Source: Camelus dromedarius
Lineage: Eukaryota
DNA: 64,000 nt
NCBI RefSeq assembly: GCF_036321535.1
Contig: NC_087437.1
Location: 98,768,001-98,832,000, forward strand
Direction of reading: 5' to 3'
Shown: piece by piece, positions 1-11,350 of the stretch
Layout of the letters: the number at the start of each line of letters is the position of its first letter
How positions within the stretch are numbered: position 1 is the stretch's first letter
Notes under the pieces: generated by a model
Database searches by the model: none
What the model saw: only the letters and a program-made list of their open reading frames with translations
Told to the model about the DNA's origin: nothing
Made by a program: the position numbers and the translations under genes

Positions 1-1017
1 TCAATAGATTTCTAAATTTTAGGGACAGAAGAGGAAGAAGATACAGGTTTTGAGTATCCTCTTGCCACCTCAAGAAAATGTTAAGAAATGAAGTTGAGAA
101 GTTCAGTTATTTTCTACCACGTAGATCTTTTTTTTTTTTTTTCAAAATTCATGTTGTATCATGAAATTCTGTTCTTTGCAGGGTTTTCCTGAAAAAAAAT
201 CACATTAGCATTTAAGTGTATTAAAATTTCTAAAATGTCTAAAATAAAGTAGTTAATAATTCTTCTAATAGATATAAGTCTACATGAAGGGTTGACAAGG
301 TCAAGAAGTTTTTGCTGGGATTCTAGTTAAGAAAATGAGAGTAATCATATATCCCTTCAACTCCGATGAAGTCTCACCTTGAAAAACTAAGAACAGCAGA
401 AAAAATGATTGAGCAGACAGGCCTCCACAAGTGGCAGACTTTTGCAGCCAAATATCAGTGACAGCCAAAAAGACGAGGCCATTTCCAAAAACCTAACTCA
501 CAAATTAATGGTGATTTATTACTCAGAGACCTGACATTAATTAAAGCAAATTTAGCAATATCCTTATCACTTCAGGCTGATGTTACTGCACTTGGCTGGA
601 AAGAGAATACAAATTACTCAGGCAAGTGCTGCCAATCATGTCCTCCTAAAATGCCTCTCTACCCAAGTCGAGAGGCTTCTGGAACTCTAGAGCCCCCAAA
701 TTAAATTATGTTGGAAGGACCCTAGCCTAACAGTCCTCATAATCTTGGCTTTCTATACTCCTCCCAAATGCATGACTTAGCTTTTTAAAAAATTCCACAA
801 GAAAATGCATATTGAAAAGAGAAATGGCCAGAAAAAGGATTTGAGGGCGGGAGTGTATTCAGATTGTGTAGCTGAACTTAACAAGAGTACCACAGACTTG
901 ATTTAATACTTACTGAGTGGTAATTATAGATACAAACTTTTAGTAGGCTATATTTTAATTAATTATTAGAGGAAGGTGATAATCTGATAACTACAATAAA
1001 CTTATGTTATTTGCTTT

Positions 1018-1663
1018 TGTGACAAACATCAATCCTAATTCACAATTCTTGGCTGCCTAAAGAGTCTCTTGGTATTTAGGTTCTAGCCTTGTCACAGAAA
1101 GAATTCAGAGATGAGACATGGAGGTTAAGAAAGTAAAGTGAGGATTTATTAAAGGATGGATAGTACACTCTCAAGGGGAAAGCGGGCAGGCTCAGGTTAG
1201 CCCTGAGTTTCTTTGGCAAGTGGGTTATATAGGATGTAAAAATAAATGGGTAGAACAGTCATTGGAGAAGGAGGGGTTTGGGGTCATATTCCCTAATTTT
1301 CTTCCCAGTTCCACCTTCCTGAGGGGAGGAGGGATTTTGTCCTTATTTAGTCTGGATCAGAAGTGTCTTGGTGTCGGTGCATGATGGGTACTTCTAATCT
1401 GCAAGGCTAATTTTATTGAAATGAGGGCATAATGAGCAAAAGGTTACATTTGGACACTGGAGATTCCTGTCTTTTCTCACCTTTGTTTTTTTGGCCTCCA
1501 GGCCACTTGTCACCCCAAAATGTGTGATTTTTTATCAGTTCTGAGGTTTCTGCTTTTCTCTTCTGTCCAAGGACTCCCGTGGTTTACGTGATGTATGTTT
1601 TCCGGCCATTTGGTTTCTGTCCCCGTTTCTCTGCTCATATCTAGCTATCTGCCTGCTCTATCA
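1018..1663 (-). mobile_element. Solo ERV1-type LTR
   Basis: TG...CA ends. The segment 'cacagaaagaattcagagatgagac...ggatttattaaagg...tagtacactc' resembles the reverse-strand U5/R of ERV1 LTRs, with AATAAA on the minus strand near 1145. No clear TSD. Confidence 0.7.
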
Positions 1664-2104
1664 AGTCCACAGGGCAAAACTAACGATAGGGGAAAATATT
1701 AAGTTCCTTTTATACAGTTTCTAATTATCACCAATATGGGCTTCCAGCTTCTGCCTACCTTCAAAGTGGGATGCCTACACCTTAAGAGCATAGTGTATCT
1801 GTCAGGTTTTACAATTATACTTTAAGCATTTTGGTTCTAAACAGGAAACTGAGCACTCAATTGCAGCATATTCTTTTTGTTTGTTTAAATTTTCTGAATT
1901 AATCTTTCAGAAACTATCGCATTCAACTGGTAGTTACGTCAGAGGCCATCACTAAAGAAGTGATTCAGTCTCAGCTTGGTAAACCCTCCTGCCACAGCCT
2001 CTGCCAGGAGCTGTCACTTCAGTTCCCACACTGTTCCTAGGCCAAAGTCAATGAGAGTTAAGATGCCCTGAGCTCCTGCTGTGTGGTCCTACTATGGGTT
2101 AATT

Positions 2105-2253
2105 CACTGTATTTGTTTTCACAATAACTTTGTAAGGTAGGTGCTACTATTATCCTAAAGTTTACAAGTAACTAAATCAAGGCATAAAAAGCTGCAGTAA
2201 TTTACAAACAATCACACTGCTACAAAGGCATGAAGCTGAGATTTAAGCCCAGG
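2105..2253 (-). mobile_element. MIR SINE fragment
   Basis: 'cacaataactttgtaaggtaggtgctactattatcc...gctgagatttaagcccagg' matches the reverse complement of the MIR core. Confidence 0.7.
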
Positions 2254-2720
2254 TGTATTAATGATCTATTGCTATATGAGAAGTTATCCTAAAACATAGC
2301 AGCATAAAACACTGATCTCGCAGTTTCTGAGGGAGGCTTCCTTGTGGTTTCTGGGTCTTCTGGCTCTGGTTTCTCATAAGGAGGGAATCACAGGAAATCC
2401 TCAATGTTCAACTGAGGGTGGACCTACTTGGGTGTTGGCAGGATTCCGTTCCTCACTGGTTATTGATCTGAAAGACTCAGTTCCTTGCAGGCTGTTGCCT
2501 GGAGGCTGCCCTGTGGGCCTTCCAGGATGAGCAAACAAGAGAGCCCCAGAAAGAATGTAGCAAAATGGAAGTCACGGCCCTTGAGAACCTAATCTTGGAG
2601 ATGACGTCCCTGAGAAGCAAGGCATTAGGTCCAGCGCCCACTCGGGGGAGGAAATTGAACAAGATGTGAATAATTAGGGAGCAGCGATCATTGGGAACCC
2701 ACTCAGGAACTGTCTACCAT
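2254..2720 (-). mobile_element. MaLR LTR (MLT1F/G/H-like)
   Basis: Starts 'tgtattaatgatctattgct' and ends 'ctgtctaccata', as reverse-oriented MLT1 LTRs do. Confidence 0.75.
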
Positions 2721-3700
2721 ACCATGCATCCTTTTTACAAATGATTCTTTAAAATTTATCTTAAACCTTAGAATGATATGATTTACAAGTCTGTGCAGAT
2801 GGTACATCTCTTCTACTTTAGTCCTTCTAATGAATTTGTAAAACCACCATTGCCAATCGTGTATATACAACCTTCCCACAATTTTATGCATTCTTGAATA
2901 GCTATTAAAGAACAACTCTGAATTACAACTTACTGTGACTTGGATAGTAAATAAGTCAAAAGTAGATTTTAACTCATGTCTTGTCTCTCTTCCTTGAAAA
3001 GCATTTAACTTAATAGGTATCTGTAAAATGTGGGAAGTGTTAATACTCTTTATCTGAGATTATATAAACCATATTAAAAGGCAACATTTTAGATACAGGG
3101 AATTTTAATGAGCTTAACATAGGAAAGACAAAAAAAAATTTAAAAACACAGTGGCCTTTGCTATCTCATCTCCAGCCTTTGTCTTTAGACAGACTGATGA
3201 ACACAAATTCAACACAGGTAAGTTTTAATCTGCTCTAAGAAACTGTGAAGGGACTTCTTCTGTGTTTAAATATACTCATATAACCAGTTACATACATCTA
3301 ACTGTAAAACCAACCTTCCCTGCGTTGTGAGATGGTAATCAACACCTTTGTGAAAAATTGGACATAACTAATCCAAGCTAGCCTCAATTTCAATTCTGTC
3401 TTTAGAAGGGGAAATAGTGATAGCAGTTACTGAACCAGAATTACTATCAAAAACCAAAAAGCATGATTATATTTATTTAACCACCAGACAATTTTATTTA
3501 AATCGGGACTGTTCTACAAGAATATTCTATCAGTCATTCATGACCTGAATTCTGGTTCATCAGATCAATTGCAATATAGCACCTGGTTTAAAAATGTCAT
3601 GAGACATTTCTATCTTGCAATAAATAAGGTAGTGGCCATTACTTGTTAGTAGCATTTTTTAAATTAGCTATCAAGTCTGCCCTTTCTCCTTTTTAATTAA

Positions 3701-4719
3701 TGCCAGCTGGAAGGTTCAGAAGTCCCCATGACCATTTTCATTTCTAACACCAACTACAAGTTCGGGGGTCTCAGGTTTGCTAATTAGCTGGAAGGACTCC
3801 TGAAACTCAGAAAAGCCATTTTACTCACAATTCTGGATTATCACAACAAAAGGATTCAGACTAAAATCAACAGAGGGAAGAGTCACATGAAGCAGGGCCA
3901 GGAGACACCAAGGTGCAGAGCTTCTGGTTGTCCCCACCAGGGGGAGTGGTGTCCACAGGGCCTATTTCTCTATTTCTCTTAGCAATGATGTGTGACAATA
4001 CACATGGTGTACTGCCAACTGGAGCAGCTCATCCAAGCCTTGGTGTCCTGAGTTTTGCTGGGGTTTTGACACATCGACGTGATGACTTTCCACATGGTTA
4101 ACCTTAGCATCCAGCCCCTCCAAGCGTTGGAGTGATACCATATTACCTAAGCCCCTCCACCATAAATCACATTGTTAGCCTAGACTATCTGGCATGGCCC
4201 AGGGCCTCCAGGTGAAAAAATACACTTTTTTTTTTCATTGAAGTACAGTTGATTTACAATATTAGTTCAGGTGTACAGCAGAGTGATTCAATTATAAATA
4301 TATAGTTTGTTTTCAGATTATTTTCCATTATATGGTACTACAAGAAATTGAATATAGTTCCCTGTGCTATACAGTGGGTCCATGTTGTGTGTCTATTTTG
4401 CATATAGTAATGTGTGTCTGTTAATCCCCAACCCCTAATTTATCCCTCCCCACCCTTTCCCCTTTGGTAACCATAATTTGTCTTTTCCATGTCCATGAGC
4501 CTGATTTTGATTTGTAAACAGAGTTTGTATCGCTTTTTTTTAGATTCAACATTTAAGTGATATCATATATTTGTCTTTCTCTGTCTGACTTAACTTCACT
4601 CAATATAACAGCAAATACACTCTTATGAGGCAGACATTCCAAAGGATTGGAGATTACTTCCCAAAATTGAGGACAAAGGTCAAATCTCTCTTTGGGCAAG
4701 GTTAATTCTTTACTGCACA
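3701..4719 (-). mobile_element. MER21-family ERVL LTR, interrupted by an L1 3' end
   Basis: 'cataaatcacattgttagcctagactatctggcatggcccaggg' and the terminal 'ctctctttgggcaaggttaattctttactgcaca' match the reverse complement of MER21. Confidence 0.8.
4227..4612 (-). mobile_element. 5'-truncated L1 3' end with TSD
   Basis: Poly-T followed by 'cattgaagtacagttgatttacaat...gtgtacagcagagtgattca'. TSD aaatacact at 4218-4226 and 4613-4621. Confidence 0.9.
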
Positions 4720-5059
4720 CTGGCCAGGATAGTTTCTGTTCCAGGGACATACTTTCTGGGATTCTCCAAGTACTCCAGCTATGTCTCCTATTCCTAGGCG
4801 ATGCCTTTGCCCTTGTTGGCATCTACATGAGAGAATCCAGGGCCAACCTGTCTGTCATTCCAACAGACCATGCAGACTCGGCTCAGTTTTGTGCTTGCCT
4901 CTTTTTTCCATGGTGTGGCACTAGGCACACTCCTGAACAAACAACCCCCTGCCCTTCTCAACATCACCCATTTTTAATTCACTCTCTGTTGCATGAACTA
5001 TAAGATTTCCACTTGGAAGCTAGACACACTGTTCTCTCCTGAGCATTTTTGGCCACTGC

Positions 5060-5585
5060 ATTATTGCCTTAGCCTAAGTTGCCCCAAAAGTAGCACCTGA
5101 GCTAAGCACCTGCCTGCAAGTGTTCATCTGGAAGATGATTCCAGGAAACAAGAGTGAAGTTGCAGGAAATGCAGGATGTATAAAGGGATAAAACCAATAT
5201 AAGAGAGTGATTTTGAGGTTGCTGCTGTGGAGAATGGTGTCTTATTCCACTGGGACCTCCTGAGAAGCCAGAGAATGCCTCAGAATTTTCCACCCCAGGA
5301 TGAAGAATATTGATCCATTGGCTTATATTCCCATTGGTCAAGCACCACCCTGCTGAAACTCACTCTGGCCACAGTCTTTGGCACTGGAGGAGACCTGGGG
5401 CAGAAGCCAAAGACTTTACTGTTAGACAACTGGAGTGCACTCTGGAACTCTACTCCAGAAGTGTCTGGAGCCAGAGGATAAATTTCAGCCACATCTACCA
5501 CAACCACGTTACCTAGCAGTGGTTCACAAATGTTAAAGTTTATCCGAATATCTGGAGAGCTAACAAGGAACACAGATGCCCACAT
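5060..5585 (-). mobile_element. Old ERVL LTR (LTR16/LTR33-like)
   Basis: 'cctaagttgccccaaaagtagcacctgag...caagtgttcatctggaagatgattccaggaa' resembles the LTR16/33 family end. Highly diverged. Confidence 0.5.
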
Positions 5586-5904
5586 TCACAGAAGACAGAT
5601 AGGATGTGGGCCTTTGTCTGCTTACCGAGTTCCCTGGGTGGTTTTACTACTCACACTGATATTTGATCACCATTTATGGTACTCTGTAGGACCCTACAGG
5701 GATAAGGCAGCCTTACCAGGAACTGATGAACTTAATCTTTCTACTCTTAACCTGAACTCTTGGCAGGGCCAGAGTGTGTTCCATCACATCCTCCCTATCC
5801 CCAGTCATGTTGCCTCAGTCCTCGTAATGTGGTTCCTACCTGCTCAGCTAGTACCTTAACACTCTGATTCTCATCAACTCTCATCCTCAAAGGAAGGGAA
5901 AATT

Positions 5905-6125
5905 ACATTTAATGAACATCTGCTGTGAAGCAGCCTATCTGATAGACATTTTAGAGACATGGCTCCCTTTAATCCTCATAGCCACCCTGGGAAGCAGGTG
6001 GTATTATCCCTATATTTCAGATGAAATTAATTAATTAATTTAAAAAAACTCAAAGAGATGTGAAGTCATACATCTACTATGGACTGAATTAGAAAACAGG
6101 TCTACTCAACTGCAAATCTCTCACA
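5905..6125 (-). mobile_element. MIR SINE
   Basis: 'tttaatcctcatagccaccctgggaagcaggtggtattatccctatatttcagatgaaa' is the reverse MIR core. Confidence 0.75.
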
Positions 6126-6557
6126 CGCTTGTCACTGTCAAGAATGAGTAACAAAATTCTGCATTAGCCTCACCCAGAACACATCTATGCTCTCCTGAAC
6201 TTTGAAGAAGCAAACGTTTTAAGTTCTAGAGGTCAGACCAATTGTCCTATGTTAAAAGCAAACCTGATCACACTTTGAACGGGTTTAGATAATGGAAAGG
6301 GATGTGTTGAGAACCTGCTATGCACAGGCACAGCAATAGGAGCTTTGCACACAATGCATCTTTCCTTTACCGTTCAGAGTAACAGGGCATCACCATCTGC
6401 TTCCTGATCTCACAGGACAACATAGGTAACTCCCTGCAGCAAGTAAGTCCCAGCCATTTTATTAATCATCTTCGGGGAACCAGAATAAGACAACACTTAT
6501 TTTTGAAGTTTGAAAATGAGGACTGAGCTTCATTTATTCATTATTCACATGCTTTGA

Positions 6558-6652
6558 AAGATTTTTTTAAATGTAAGTTTAAATACGTTTTGACAGTGTT
6601 TTTAAGATTTTTTAATTGTAAGTTTAAATACATGTTTACAGTGTTTTTAAGA
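6558..6652. repeat. Tandem duplication, two copies of ~46 bp
   Basis: aagatttttttaaatgtaagtttaaatacgttttgacagtgttttt (6558-6603) followed by aagattttttaattgtaagtttaaatacatgtttacagtgttttt (6604-6648). Confidence 0.9.
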
Positions 6653-8267
6653 GGGAGTTAAAATTTATGTTAGTATTTAATGGCAATTTGGGCTACATCT
6701 TCTAATATTTATTGTTGTTCTGTATATTCTGATTGGTTCTTTCTCATTTTCCATTAGTGCTTACTAGCAAAGGACATTCTTATGAACATCATGTAGCACG
6801 TCCACATTTAGCGCTTCCTGTCTCAAAAACAGCAATTCCATCCATTCCAGCATTCATATGTCCACACGAAATTGTTAATGTTTTTCAGAGCTGTTTCAGA
6901 CAGTCTTCCAAGCAAATGTATTTGGTTTATTACTTCGAATTCCTTGAACAGACAGCAGCATAGTTTTTGACAGCTTATTTTCAACAGCTAAGCATGAAAT
7001 CATTGTAAAACAGTCTAGAGGCATTTAGTCTGGTGTTAATGATCTGTTTTGACTCCTTCTTCTCTACGTGTCTGATATTTCTTTTTCAACTTCTGCCGCT
7101 GAAGATAAGATGACATTTGATAGTTGGGTTCATCCCATGAAAAGTTTAATTTAATTACAGAAGGGCCTGATTTGCTAGATTAAAAGGTCAAATATTATAA
7201 AATTCATTTGGGGGGTGGCAGAGATTTGAGAGGGCAGCACAGTGCAAAGTTCAGACAGTCAGATGGGAGCAAAGCACTGAAGAAATGAGGCAAAGTGAGA
7301 AACCAGTGACTTCTCATTGGAGAAGGAGAGACACATTATTATTAAGTATTAATAATACTTAGAATCCTTTCCTGACAGTGCTGCTTTTTAGCTTTTTGAG
7401 AGTTTGCATCAGAGTGATTTGCAGGGGGGAAAAAATTGGCAGATTCAGAGAGTTAGACTAGAACTGTTTTTGTTTTAAAATAGCACAAGACTCTGAGAAC
7501 TATTAAAATGATAATACTCTTAGATAGCCCAGGCAAGAACTCCATGTTTCCCCCTGCCCACCGTTTTGCCTCGACCACCAATACACAAAAGCCGCTCGAT
7601 TTTTATTGAGATTAAATGTCTTAAGACCTGAAAAAGTGGCAGCAAATTCCAGACAGCTGCCTCTGCTCCCAGCCCTCTGAAGATGGGGGACCACAGGAGC
7701 CAAGGCTTCTGAACAACTTTAAGAAGGCGAGGTGCCTGAGTAATGAGGCTGGTGCACTAGGGTCGACTTGACCAGCTGACTTTTAAAACAATTTGAAACA
7801 GCTCAGTGGCCACCTTCTACCAAAGAACAAAGAAGTGCAGAGGTACAGCTGGTTGGAAAGGAGTCCAGGGCTATGGGAGCGTTAATAGCCTGGTGCAGGA
7901 AGAAGACAGGGAAGCAGGGCGCCAGGGAGAGGGACTTTGATGGACTCTCACAATTTGGCTTCGTTCCACAGATCAAATGTTGATCAAAGGATAAAAGAGG
8001 ATCAAAAATGACTCAAAGATTCCTGGCTGGAACTGCTGAAAAGGGGGCCGCCTCGTTAGACAATCCAGTGCGAGGAATGTGAGGAGCAGCTGGCATTTCA
8101 GTCCCATTTAAAAAAAAAATCCTCACTTCATCACCGATATTAAACTCGCGCCTTCGTCAATGCCTCCAGCCATGAATATTCACCAGGCACTGCCACAGCG
8201 CTGGAAGATCGCGCCGAAACGCGATCGCCTCCCCATCCTCACTTAAAAAAAATAAAATAAATCCAAT

Positions 8268-8640
8268 TACAAAATCACTGTATGCAGGGAACAGATAGGT
8301 GTAATATGCTTGGACCTCCCTAATCCATCGGATGCAGCGCCTTGCGAAATCTGACTAGAAAAATTAATACAAATGGATTTGGACAGAAGTGCTATCGCAT
8401 GGATTGAAAACTGGCTCAAGGACTGTAAACAAAGAATAATGACAAATGGCAGGGCAATCAAGGAGCCGGAGCCGAGTTTTCCATAGGAGAGTGTCCGGGG
8501 GGCCTCCATGAGTCAGGATTTGAGCTCATTTTTGGTCAGTACGGGTATTATCTACAAAGAAATGAAAAAGCTCATGAAGGAAATCGCGGCAGACTCAGTA
8601 GGAAGGAGGGTAAACATTAATAAAAGAGAAATCACATTGG
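8268..8640 (+). mobile_element. Ancient CR1/L3-clade LINE reverse transcriptase fossil
   Basis: A single frame from 8268 reads YKITVCREQIGVICLDLPNPSDAAPCEI*LEKLIQMDLDRSAIAWIENWLKDCKQRIMTNG...KEIAADSVGRRVN. This follows the CR1 RT pattern VDVIYLDFSKAFDxVPHxxLxxKL..GLD..xxWIxNWL..RxQRVxxNG...KFADDT. Confidence 0.8.
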
Positions 8641-9699
8641 GTCAACGGAATGCTGGAGCTATGGAAGGAGGAAACCAACTACAAATTATCATAAAGATGA
8701 GAAAGCAACAGGGAGACATTCTTCCCAAACTGAAAGATTTGGAGCACTCGTGCAGATAAATTCAAACGATTTAGTTTCCCTGACACTTTATCATCTCTCA
8801 AGTTTTCTATGGCTACTCCCGTGTTTATTTGAACACAGTACTGATAGACTTCAGGATAATAAATATTCTTCAATTTGAAGAGCTTTGTAAAAATATTTTT
8901 CTCCCCAGGCCTCCCGCTTTCAGGACCGAGATCTTTGGGTGTAGCTTAATTTGCATGCAGCTTTACCAGCTGAAAAATCAGAAAGGACAAAAACTTGGAA
9001 GCATTTGTAGTCAGACAGCTGAAGTAAAACACAAAGAGAACAAAATGATAATGCAAATACGATTTATATGATTTGCACCTGGAGCTTACTTATAAAAACT
9101 GGTTACCTTCTAATGTGAAGAATAGAAATTTCCTGCCAATATGGCATGAATCAATTGATTACACATTGATTGCACTGTGTTGAGTCCTTTACTAAAAGGT
9201 TTCATTTTGTTTTTGAGAAAAGAGTTGTTCCAAAGTAAAATTAGAAAAACAAGGAAAGCATATTTCCTGATCTCAAGTTTTGTTCACAAGCAAGATTCTT
9301 AGAATTTCAGGGACAGAAGTGACCTAAGGGCTCATTGACTCTCACTCCTTTCATTTTGGACAAGATCGGGACCTTACAGGAAACTGACTCCCTTGCCCAT
9401 GGTGATGTCGCCTGATAGAGGACCTGTGGGAGGATCTACCCAGATGCTTCCACATACTGTTCATCCATGGCCATAGAGGAGTCCTTCACTTGCCATACGA
9501 TCTCATCATGTCTAAGAACTTACTTCACCACTGTGCCTCCAGCCAAGCTGGGCCAAGCTCAGCAGAAGCACGGAGCACTTCCCCAAGGCTTCCATTTTGG
9601 AACTCTGACCATGCCTGCTGACTGGGCTGGGCCACTGACTACATCACCGGTCATGACTCTCTTCGTGCCAGGGTGAACAGCACTCTAAGCCAGAGTCTT

Positions 9700-10297
9700 T
9701 CAGAACCTTGGGGCCACTTAATCCCACAAAGCTCTTCATTCCTGCCATCCTTGGCCTCCACCCAAAGTGCACGCTCCAACAGGCATCTGTCCTCTCACAT
9801 CCTGATGCTCACCCTCTTTGTTCCTCTCTGATGAGTCATCCTCCTATTCCCACTCCATTTTCCGGTCAAACTCCTAGCCTTTGCTCACGGCGCTCCCTCT
9901 GCCTGTTCTGCCTTTCCCTACGTGTTTCATCTGGTGAATATCCATTCTTCTTTTAAGACTCATCTCAATCATCATCCCGTTCTTTGCAAAGGAGAATCTC
10001 CACCTGCATTTTCCTGGCTGCCTTGCTCCATAGAACTGACAAGTCCCTCCATTTTTGCTTCCTATGTAGGGCTTAATAGGAGCAAAGGTGGAGAAAATTG
10101 TCAATTCTAAGGGGCAAGGCAGCTATCATAGCTCTTTACATGGTTAAGGACTTTCTTTACATGTCTGCCTCCACTGGAATACAATCTTTCTGAGGGCCTA
10201 GGCCTTGCTTTGTGTCCCCTACTCTATCCTCAGTGCCTGGAACAGTGTGTCTTAGCACACAGTAGCCTGTTATTAAATATATGTTAACTAGATGAGT
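9700..10297 (+). mobile_element. L2 3' region fragments
   Basis: Ends 'ctatcctcagtgcctggaacagtg...ttagcacacagtagcc..ttattaaatatatgttaactagatgagt', the L2 3' terminus. Confidence 0.65.
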
Positions 10298-10499
10298 ATC
10301 TCTACCAGCCATTAGCTTCGTGGATGCTGGAACAATGTCTTCTTTCCCTACCACCCCCAGTTCCTAGCATATATGGCTAGAGAATCATATTAAAGTATTT
10401 CTGCGGTGCCATATGGAACCCTCATTCTACTATAAATAAATCCCCCCTTTCATTCAAGTGCTCCATCCACCAGCTTTCCCTCCATCCACCTGCTGTGTC

Positions 10500-11350
10500 T
10501 TAACCCTGGTTCTCCTTTAAGATAAGACTTCTTTTTTGGTCTTCTTGAAGATAGGTTTCTCATCCACAGCCCCTTTTACCTAAAACTAAGGCCAGCCTAC
10601 TTTCTAGATTCCCATTTCAGCACAGTATCTTTCCTCATTGACAACAGTATTGAAAGAATAGTCTATCCCTCTGTTACTAATCAGCCTACCATCCTCATCT
10701 CCACTGAAATAGCTCCTTACTAGGGTCAAATGCAATGCACAATTCTTAAGACTCTTTCTGCTATTTCCACTTCTTAGCACATTTGGTTCTCAACCCCTCT
10801 GTAATGTCTGACACTTTCTACATGAAGCGTTTTCCTTCGTCACCTGCTTCTTCTCCACCCACTTCTCTGTTCTAACTTTTGCAGTCTTTCGGAAACTCTT
10901 GGTCTTCTGTCTCATTCTTTATCTTCCACTTTCTCCTTAGCTTTCTGAGTCCTATTCTCTGGTTGAACCATCATGTTTACGCTGATGAATCTCAAGTCCA
11001 CTGTTCTAAGGCGCAGTCTCATTTATCCATCTGTCCTTGGAGAGCTCCTCTTAGGTAACCAAAAACATTTTAAAATCAACCTTTACAAAGATGATTTCAT
11101 TATGCTTCCACTAACTCTTCTTCTTCTGTGGCATTCTCATGCTTAGTCAAAAGTACCCCTCAATGATCCCATTTCCTAGCTAGAAACATGGAGAATATTT
11201 CTAGCCAACCTCCACTTTTTCCACTTAGTATCCAATTTCTGTCATTCTATGCTGAAAGCCCACTTTCTGTGACTCTCTTTCCGATGTTACTTTCACATCC
11301 ATCCCTCCTCTCTATCCCTATGACCACCATGTGATAATAGTCTCTAATTG
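10500..11350 (+). mobile_element. L2 ORF2 body fragment
   Basis: Pyrimidine-rich decayed RT region: 'ctccactgaaatagctccttactagggtca' (STETAL-like) and 'catgtttacgctgatgaatctcaa' (HxYADD-like). Confidence 0.65.

Noticed and set aside
2916..2931. 16-mer ctctgaattacaactt recurring at ~30443
   Set aside because: A single AT-rich 16-mer match is about what chance gives in 64 kb.
7020..7110. Minus-strand exon-like reading RQKLKKKYQTRREEGVKNRSLTPD*
   Set aside because: Short, unrecognised and without supporting partner exons.
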